Shown here: one piece after another, positions 7,473 to 13,955 of the stretch | Position numbering within the stretch: position 1 is the stretch's first letter | Layout of the letters: every line of letters starts with the position of its first letter | NCBI GenBank assembly: GCA_020160975.1 | Contig: JAIUPJ010000001.1 | Span: 480,001 to 512,000, forward strand | DNA: 32,000 bases | Direction of reading: 5' to 3' | Source of the DNA: Candidatus Saccharimonadota bacterium | GTDB lineage: Bacteria > Patescibacteriota > Saccharimonadia > Saccharimonadales > Saccharimonadaceae | Notes under the pieces: generated by a model | What the model was told of the DNA's origin: nothing | What the model saw: only the letters and a program-made list of their open reading frames with translations | Database searches by the model: none | Program-made: the position numbers and the translations under genes

Positions 7473-7542
7473 TCATGTGGATTATCACTTAGTTATAGTT
7501 ATAGCAGAATTGTGGCTCGATGTTAAGGATTTGACGACTGTT

Positions 7543-7962
7543 TTATGGGGTCTTAGTGGTTGTCGTGTTGGTTGTGGCTGGCTTGGCAGCGAAACTCGTC
7601 ACCACGAGGTTAACGATTGCGTAGGCAATCAACGCCACAATTAGCCCGATAACCGAATAGAGAATCGTATTCTTGGCACTAGTTACCGCTGAACTATCGC
7701 CCTGAGATGTCGTGTATTTGATGCCTCCAATGATAATCATGATGACTGCAACGGCACCAAGAATGTAGAGTAGAACATTGACGACCGTCTTGATGATATC
7801 ACCGACGCTAGCGCTGCCACCGGTACCACCGGTCGAAGTAACACCGTCATTGATACATGATGCTGCGCTCTTACAAGCCGCAAGCACCGCTGGGCTTGTT
7901 ACTGCAGCCACGCCGAGAGCGACAGCCAGAATGATTACCGATACTGTGAGTTTGCTTTTCAT
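7543..7962 (-). CDS. VirB2/TrbC-like T4SS pilin paralog (P2)
   Basis: Signal peptide ...SPAVLA, Cys pair ACKSAASC, core GGIKYTTSQGDSSAVTSAKNTILYSVIG, and a T-rich C-terminal tail. AAGGAG RBS lies directly after the P3 stop. Confidence 0.9.
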   Translation of the reverse strand: MKSKLTVSVIILAVALGVAAVTSPAVLAACKSAASCINDGVTSTGGTGGSASVGDIIKTVVNVLLYILGAVAVIMIIIGGIKYTTSQGDSSAVTSAKNTILYSVIGLIVALIAYAIVNLVVTSFAAKPATTNTTTTKTP

Positions 7963-7973
7963 CTTTTTCTCCT

Positions 7974-8342
7974 TTATCCAAAGTATTCCGTTACAAGTAG
8001 TACGATTCCTCCCGCCATAAGTGCTACCACCAGGCCAATCACGGCGTAGAGAACAGTATTTTTGGCAGAACTAACCGCTGAGGCGTCTCCCTGCGACAGT
8101 ACAAAGCGCAGTCCGCCAATCACGATCATCAATACCGAGATCGCACCCAGTGCCCCAAGAACTACCTGCATGATTGTCCAGACGATATTGGTGTTGTCGG
8201 CTTTGAGCTTATCTTCCTTTACGACAGTACAGTCTGCGTCGGTACAGGTTGCAAATGGATCGTACGCCGAAGCGGGGGTCATCGAGACCAGCCCTAGGCC
8301 TGCCACCAAAACAATCGCTGCCAGAAGTAGCCGCCGCATCAT
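7974..8342 (-). CDS. VirB2/TrbC-like T4SS pilin paralog (P3)
   Basis: Signal peptide ...TPASA, Cys pair ATCTDADC, core GGLRFVLSQGDASAVSSAKNTVLYAVIG. The likely ATG at 8342 overlaps the P4 stop as TGATG. The ORF track starts it at GTG 8345. Confidence 0.88.
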   Translation of the reverse strand: MMRRLLLAAIVLVAGLGLVSMTPASAYDPFATCTDADCTVVKEDKLKADNTNIVWTIMQVVLGALGAISVLMIVIGGLRFVLSQGDASAVSSAKNTVLYAVIGLVVALMAGGIVLLVTEYFG

Positions 8343-8635
8343 CACTTAAATGTCCCCAGTACAATTGAGGTTACAACAAAAGCCATTAGTACAAAAATCA
8401 AGCCAATCACTGCACCCAAAATCGCGTTTTTTGCCCGGGTGAGCTTGCTCGGGTCACCACCCGACGTGGTGTACATAAATCCCGCCACGACGATCACGAT
8501 CACTGCCACCACACCCGCCCAGAAATACACTGGCAGGAGAACTGAGGATATAAAACCGCTGTCACTGCCACCATTTGGCTTGGGAATCCCTAGGTTTGAA
8601 GCGTCAACGAGAGCTGCAATTATTCGTTCATTCAT
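8342..8635 (-). CDS. VirB2/TrbC-like paralog (P4), divergent: no signal peptide and no Cys pair
   Basis: 97 aa. The core AGFMYTTSGGDPSKLTRAKNAILGAVIG is retained between two TM helices. The start ATG overlaps the P5 stop (TAATG). Confidence 0.8.
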   Translation of the reverse strand: MNERIIAALVDASNLGIPKPNGGSDSGFISSVLLPVYFWAGVVAVIVIVVAGFMYTTSGGDPSKLTRAKNAILGAVIGLIFVLMAFVVTSIVLGTFK

Positions 8636-9045
8636 TATTTGATTACTCCTGCCACCGCATTGACAATCGAAGCAGACAAAATGGCGATCACCAGACCAAT
8701 CACTGCATTCGTAATCGTCCGGCGCGCATTCGCCATGCCGTCAGACGAACCAGCACTGGTCATATAATCAAAGCCCCCCTTGATGATAAAAAATATCGTC
8801 ACATACGCCACAATTACCATCAATGCCTGGATAATATTCAACCCAATCTTGAGTGCAAAGTTCCGTGCGCCCGTATCGGTATTATCCGGTGCTTTGATGT
8901 TACAGTTGCCATCCTGTAGCCCGCGGTACCAGGCAGGAATCGCAAACATTGTATCGGTACAGGCAGCAGCCGGGGCTGCAAACGCCGCACCGCTGCCGAG
9001 CATGGTGATTGCAAGCATCATACTTAAGTATATTCGTTTCATCAT
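8635..9045 (-). CDS. VirB2/TrbC-like T4SS pilin paralog (P5), divergent
   Basis: Signal peptide ...GAAFA, Cys pair (AACTD...GNCNIK), core GGFDYMTSAGSSDGMANARRTITNAVIG. The start overlaps the P6 stop (TGATG). Confidence 0.8.
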   Translation of the reverse strand: MMKRIYLSMMLAITMLGSGAAFAAPAAACTDTMFAIPAWYRGLQDGNCNIKAPDNTDTGARNFALKIGLNIIQALMVIVAYVTIFFIIKGGFDYMTSAGSSDGMANARRTITNAVIGLVIAILSASIVNAVAGVIK

Positions 9046-9446
9046 CAGCCGATTACTCCTCCTGGAATAAGCCAGTTTAGTGCAAAATACATGAGCCCGT
9101 ATGCCACCAGGCCAATCACCACATTGGTAATCATTCCCTTGGCTTTCGAAACTTGTTCGTTGCTACCGCCCGCGCTCGAGTACATGATGCCTGCGTAGAC
9201 CAGCACGCCGACAGCCACCAGGCCTACACCAGCAGTCAGGATGTTGATCCCCCAGACCAGCAGCATGAAGACACCGGTGTTTGAGACATCCCCACCTTTA
9301 CCCGGTTGTGATGTTGCAGCGTCACAGATGCTCTGCGGCAAAATCGAGCAAGTCACGTCAGCCGCTGCAACTGGCGCAGCATTCATTAGTGGCACCAGCA
9401 CACCAATCGACAGAAGGAGAGTGCGAAAAATGTTGGTATATTTCAT
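9045..9446 (-). CDS. VirB2/TrbC-like T4SS pilin paralog (P6), first gene of the array
   Basis: Signal peptide ...APVAA, Cys pair (VTCSILPQSIC), core AGIMYSSAGGSNEQVSKAKGMITNVVIG between two TM helices. Confidence 0.8.
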   Translation of the reverse strand: MKYTNIFRTLLLSIGVLVPLMNAAPVAAADVTCSILPQSICDAATSQPGKGGDVSNTGVFMLLVWGINILTAGVGLVAVGVLVYAGIMYSSAGGSNEQVSKAKGMITNVVIGLVAYGLMYFALNWLIPGGVIG

Positions 9447-9460
9447 AATGTGTTCATTAA

Positions 9461-9466
9461 ATTATA
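9461..9466 (-). promoter_or_regulatory. candidate -10 box (TATAAT) for the pilin array
   Basis: The reverse strand reads TATAAT, 14 nt upstream of ATG 9446, with no SD in between. The -35 position reads TGGCAT (weak) and lies inside the tandem GGTTATGC repeat. Confidence 0.4.
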
Positions 9467-9643
9467 CCTCTAGTGTACTGGTTATGCCATGGTTATGCAA
9501 AAAAACCTAATGTTATCTGTTGCAAACCTGGGCTTCAAAGCCTGTTCATTCGCACCGTACAGCGGCCACAACCCCAGGCACGACAGGTCTGGGCATGAAA
9601 GGGAGGTGGGGGAAAGAATTTTGAAAATTCAAGATTGCAAGCA

Positions 9644-9672
9644 TTGACTTTTTGGGTCATCTATGGTAATAT
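9644..9672 (+). promoter_or_regulatory. sigma-70-like promoter for the T4SS operon
   Basis: TTGACT (9644-9649), 17-nt spacer, TAATAT (9667-9672). ATG 9682 is only 9 nt after the -10 box, which implies a leaderless or near-leaderless mRNA. Confidence 0.55.
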
Positions 9673-9681
9673 TAGATAGAT

Positions 9682-12600
9682 ATGTGGGAGTCTTTCAAGA
9701 TCATCTCGCACGGTAGAATATCGTTGCGACGTCTTTCCCTGTTGGCCACCTCTGTTCTGATGGCTATATTTTTGGCAACAGGTGTCATTGTACCCACCGT
9801 CCTCGCTGCCGATGCTGTCCGTAGTGGCAACACCGTCACCTACGAGGGAAAAACCTACCAACCTATCGACAAAACCGCCACGCCGTCGCAAGTACCAGCC
9901 GGCCTGCCGACTACTGAGGGTTATGTTTCCTTTGATACGAGTGGCAAAAAGGCCTACTACTTGCTGACAAATGGCCCTGCTGCTAGCTCCACCACTGCTA
10001 CCTATACCGTCTATGATATGCCTACGATGGGCTCGTATGGCAATCACTCGCCACCGACAAACATCGCCATCGTTAGTAGCCCAGTCTCTGCCGCCACCCA
10101 GCAAAATAGCGGTACCACCTGTGATAGCACCCAAACGGCCGGTATCGGCTGGATTCTTTGTCCTGTGGTCAATTTCCTGGCAAAGAGCATGGATTACATC
10201 TACAAAGTCATCGCCGACTTCCTGGTGGTGCGGACTATCACCACCGACACATCTGGTGCACTCTACCACATGTGGGCCATCATTCGCGATATCGCCAACC
10301 TCTGTTTCGTTGGCGTATTTTTGGTGATTATTTACTCGCAAATCAGCGGCCTCGGTTACAGCAACTACAATCTCAAAAAGATGCTGCCGCGGCTGATAAT
10401 TGGCGCGATTTTGGTGAACACTTCGTTCTGGATCTCTGCACTGGCGGTTGATGCTTCAAACATTCTTGGCGTTTCGATTCACGACGTCTTCATGACCGTC
10501 ATGCAAAACCTCAACACCAACGGCAACTACGACAGCGTCACCGTGCCCGATTGGCAGTCAATCACCATCATAGCGCTGAGTGGTAGCGCCGCGACTGCTG
10601 GCCTGACAATCTTTGTGCTAGCAAATACCGTCACTGGTGCGCTGGCACTACTCATCCCAGCATTGGTTGGCGTACTTCTGGCAGCACTAGTGGCATTCGT
10701 GGTGCTGGCCGCTCGCCAAGCGCTCATCGTCTGCTTGGTTATCATCTCGCCGCTGGCGTTTGCCGCTATGTTGCTGCCAAACACCGAAAAATACTTCGAC
10801 AAATGGCGTGGTGCGTTGACCACACTCCTCCTTTTGTTTCCGATATTCTCCGTCATTTTCAGCGGTGCACAGCTAGCAGGTATGGCCATCGTCCAGAGCG
10901 CTGGCGGCAACCTCGTCACGATTATCCTCGGTATGACTGTTCAAGTCGCCCCGATTGTCATCACGCCGCTGCTCGTCAAGTTCAGCGGGGGATTAATCGG
11001 TCGCATCGCCGGTATGGTCAATAATCCAAATAAGGGCTTGCTCGACCGCACCAAAAACTGGAGCAGGGGCCTCGCTGCCGAGCGTCGCAACCGCGCTATC
11101 GCTGGCCGCATGATGTCCGACGGCACCACCCAGCTCAAGCGTCGCCACGTACCGACTGCTTATCTTGACGCCCGTCGTCGGGCAAGGGAAGGCCGGCGCA
11201 AAGCCTATGAAGCAGGTGCAGAAGCACGCTTTAGTGGCACTCGGCAAGGTCATGATGTCGAAGCGCTCAATAAGCACTATGGCAATGTCAAAGCACGCAA
11301 CGAAAACCGATTTGCTGCATCACCTCGTGGCAATCGCCTGGAAATCGAAGCTCGCCACATTGCAGTCGACAAGCAGAATATTGAGACACAAATGATGAGC
11401 GATCCTGAGCATGGATACAAACTCCGAACTCGTCAGCGAGACGCCGAGACGGCCAAACTCAATGCTGACAGCAAATACCTCCAAGATGAGCAAGGACAAA
11501 AGGCCGAGTACCGGTCACGCATGGCGAATGTTCGCAAAACGCTCGCCGAATCTAAGTTCGAAGAGACCTCGATGGGGGCGCGTGTGGATATGGCAAAGCG
11601 CGAAGTAGAGCGTCGTAAGCACACTGCCGAGGCCCATCATGAGCAAAGCTGGCATTTCCGCAACCAGACCGATGCTGGCTCGCAAGAGCGGGAAATGAAA
11701 CTGCGAATCTCAACAGACGGCGCTTCGGCAGCCAAAGCGAAAGTTGATGCTATCTACAACGAGCTCAAACTCGATAACACCTCAGGGCTTACTACAACTA
11801 TGCTCAACAGCGTGAAAGACCAACTAGGAAAAGAAGCGTTCCAAGTCGCTCTCGAGACAAACCTCACCGCCAAACGCTCTGCCACGGCCGATAGTGAGCT
11901 CAAGTCAAAGATAAACAAAGAGTTGCTTACCGATGGTGTAACCTACCAACTCGATATGCATGGCAACAAGGTTTTAGACGCCAGCGGTAGCCCTATTGTT
12001 GCTAGCAGGATTACTGTTGACGGCAAAACTCTCCAGGACTATGCTACCGGCATTGGTAAACGCGAGCTCATGCTGGCAAACTCCGTTGCAGAAGATCGCG
12101 CCGATTGGGGTAAGCAGGCGCAGGCCGCAAGTGAACTCATCGCTCACTTCAAACTCGATAGCAACGCCGTCCAAAAACTAGCGATAGGCGGAGAAGGTAG
12201 CGACCCTGGTGAAAGGTATGTCACAATAAAAGATGATAGCGGCAACGAGTTTACCTTTGACGCGGCCGACGAATACGTCAAAGAAGCAGCAATCTCAAAG
12301 CAGTTCAAAGCTGGTTCATATGGCCAAAAAATGGCTATTCTCAAGGAGACTGGAGAAAACATTGCTATCAAAGACGCCTCTGGCAATATTGTTGGGCACC
12401 GAACAGGCTACAACTACCATCACCGAGCAACCGCCCAGTCTGATGCAATTGCCTCTGGTATCGCCGGTCTGGCGCCATTCATCAACGACGTAACCTACAA
12501 TGAAATCCTCAAGGGTAATTTCAATGGTGATGATAGTATGCGTATGCATGCACTGCGTCAGGTGTTTGAAGGTCGTATAAAAGCAAGCAACCTCACTGGC

Positions 12601-12921
12601 GCAAACCAAGATGCGCTCTCGATTCTCTACGATCTTGGACGACTCAAAGAAAGTGCCGACCCAAGCAAGCGTGCAGAATACGACCGTTACAAGACGATGT
12701 TGACAGAGTTCTTTGGCGACTCATACGGCACCGATTCCGCTATGTACAAAGCTGCTACAACCAACTTCGACAGCGTCTTTGACGAGAAGTGGCGTGGACT
12801 CCTCAGTACCACAAAGGGCATCATGGAAAACTCAAACCTCAACAGCAATACTGCAGACGAGGCGAAGAAAGTCATGCGCGACATCCTTGTCGAAGAGGGC
12901 GTTACTTTCCGCGAGCGATAG
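9682..12921 (+). CDS. VirB6/TrbL-like polytopic T4SS channel protein, paralog 1, with a ~600-aa charged helical C-terminal extension
   Basis: 1079 aa. Signal or anchor sequence, a ~130-aa exported domain ending in the motif CDSTQTAGIGWILCPVVNFL, a multi-TM block (about 160-470), then a long K/R/E/A-rich region. The N-terminal ~470 aa align by eye with the 13956..16445 product. Confidence 0.75.
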   Translation: MWESFKIISHGRISLRRLSLLATSVLMAIFLATGVIVPTVLAADAVRSGNTVTYEGKTYQPIDKTATPSQVPAGLPTTEGYVSFDTSGKKAYYLLTNGPAASSTTATYTVYDMPTMGSYGNHSPPTNIAIVSSPVSAATQQNSGTTCDSTQTAGIGWILCPVVNFLAKSMDYIYKVIADFLVVRTITTDTSGALYHMWAIIRDIANLCFVGVFLVIIYSQISGLGYSNYNLKKMLPRLIIGAILVNTSFWISALAVDASNILGVSIHDVFMTVMQNLNTNGNYDSVTVPDWQSITIIALSGSAATAGLTIFVLANTVTGALALLIPALVGVLLAALVAFVVLAARQALIVCLVIISPLAFAAMLLPNTEKYFDKWRGALTTLLLLFPIFSVIFSGAQLAGMAIVQSAGGNLVTIILGMTVQVAPIVITPLLVKFSGGLIGRIAGMVNNPNKGLLDRTKNWSRGLAAERRNRAIAGRMMSDGTTQLKRRHVPTAYLDARRRAREGRRKAYEAGAEARFSGTRQGHDVEALNKHYGNVKARNENRFAASPRGNRLEIEARHIAVDKQNIETQMMSDPEHGYKLRTRQRDAETAKLNADSKYLQDEQGQKAEYRSRMANVRKTLAESKFEETSMGARVDMAKREVERRKHTAEAHHEQSWHFRNQTDAGSQEREMKLRISTDGASAAKAKVDAIYNELKLDNTSGLTTTMLNSVKDQLGKEAFQVALETNLTAKRSATADSELKSKINKELLTDGVTYQLDMHGNKVLDASGSPIVASRITVDGKTLQDYATGIGKRELMLANSVAEDRADWGKQAQAASELIAHFKLDSNAVQKLAIGGEGSDPGERYVTIKDDSGNEFTFDAADEYVKEAAISKQFKAGSYGQKMAILKETGENIAIKDASGNIVGHRTGYNYHHRATAQSDAIASGIAGLAPFINDVTYNEILKGNFNGDDSMRMHALRQVFEGRIKASNLTGANQDALSILYDLGRLKESADPSKRAEYDRYKTMLTEFFGDSYGTDSAMYKAATTNFDSVFDEKWRGLLSTTKGIMENSNLNSNTADEAKKVMRDILVEEGVTFRER

Positions 12922-12949
12922 TAGCCACCACAGGAATATTACCTAGTAG

Positions 12950-12978
12950 TTGACAATTATAAGCATATGGTGTATAAT
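12950..12978 (+). promoter_or_regulatory. perfect-consensus sigma-70 promoter inside the T4SS cluster
   Basis: TTGACA (12950-12955), 17-nt spacer, TATAAT (12973-12978). A 62-nt leader follows, with AAGGAG at 13022-13027 before ATG 13041. Confidence 0.65.
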
Positions 12979-13040
12979 GCTAACCAATACGTTACAGCGA
13001 TAAGTAGTGGCGTACATTCATAAGGAGAATTTGAATTATT

Positions 13041-13901
13041 ATGACAAATCGCTTAAAGAATCTGCGCGAAAAACTACCGGTACGCAAGCTAAAAGCTAGC
13101 GGCGCTATGGGTTTAGCAGCCCTGTCTCTAGCAGGCTGCCTTGCATCTGGTGACGCTAAGGCATCAACACCCAAGCCAAGCCCGTCAATCAGCCAGGAGG
13201 CAACACCTTCTACTGCCTCGACAGAGACCCTAGCGCCAGTCGCACCAGCAACTCCTGAGGCTCCAAAGCCGAGTGTCGACGCTATTTCTGAACAACTAAT
13301 GAGCCCATCGGTGAGCATAGAAGAATTTGCTAAATACCCTCAATCGGCTCGTATCGCCGCAGGCCTCGTGCCCGCAATTGAGCTAGAGGATAATTGGATC
13401 GGGATGGACTTGTTTTCGGGTTCATTTAGTGACGGTACTACTCTTGATTCCTACAATCCCATTAGGGGTAAGGTTTTAAATGTCGGCAGTACATTTAAAG
13501 ATATCTATCGACAAAATATGTTCTTTGAGCAGCTGATGAGCGCCCAACGTGTAAGCAGCAATGAAACGACACTCGATAAAGATAGAGCAATAAAAATCGC
13601 CCTCGGTCCATACTCATATAGCCCAGAAAGTACCGTGGCAGTGTCAAAAATTAAGGCAATTGGTAATCAACCCAATTTGCTTAAATTCAGTAGTGATAAC
13701 CTACGCGATGAGTCGTTTATCTCCTATGAACTGAAACGCGACACTCAACTCGACGATGGCACAACAGCCGATGTGATGGAAGGTGTTGTTGAAGTTGGTG
13801 GTCAGCAGTACACGTTGATTTTTGTATTTGTGCCGGTTGAATCTCTTGGTGCAGGCAATGGCATCTGGACGCTTCAGAGCCTAGAAGAAACAGCCAAATA
13901 A
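13041..13901 (+). CDS. lipoprotein of unknown function (T4SS-associated; candidate VirB8/TcpC-like role)
   Basis: Lipobox LSLAGC at residues ~29-34, a P/S/T/A-rich linker (STPKPSPSISQEATPSTAS...APKPS), then a ~190-aa globular domain ending in GIWTLQSLEE. Confidence 0.75.
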   Translation: MTNRLKNLREKLPVRKLKASGAMGLAALSLAGCLASGDAKASTPKPSPSISQEATPSTASTETLAPVAPATPEAPKPSVDAISEQLMSPSVSIEEFAKYPQSARIAAGLVPAIELEDNWIGMDLFSGSFSDGTTLDSYNPIRGKVLNVGSTFKDIYRQNMFFEQLMSAQRVSSNETTLDKDRAIKIALGPYSYSPESTVAVSKIKAIGNQPNLLKFSSDNLRDESFISYELKRDTQLDDGTTADVMEGVVEVGGQQYTLIFVFVPVESLGAGNGIWTLQSLEETAK

Positions 13902-13921
13902 ACCTAGCTTGCACTCGTATC

Positions 13922-13955
13922 AATAAAGAGTATAGCTTATGCTATACTCTTTATT
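13922..13955 (+). terminator. perfect 15-bp AT-rich hairpin abutting the next start codon (terminator or attenuator / translational element)
   Basis: AATAAAGAGTATAGC, loop TTAT, GCTATACTCTTTATT. ATG 13956 follows with zero spacing, so there is no SD. The right arm contains TATACT, 7 nt before the ATG. Confidence 0.5.

Noticed and set aside
9661-10341. Long antisense ORFs inside large genes, for example 9661..10341 minus, 17737..18216 minus, 21054..21584 minus, 10527..10919 minus and 4710..5171 minus
   Set aside because: Each is fully embedded opposite a gene with strong family signatures and has R/G/S-rich or otherwise shadow-like composition. None has an RBS or promoter context.
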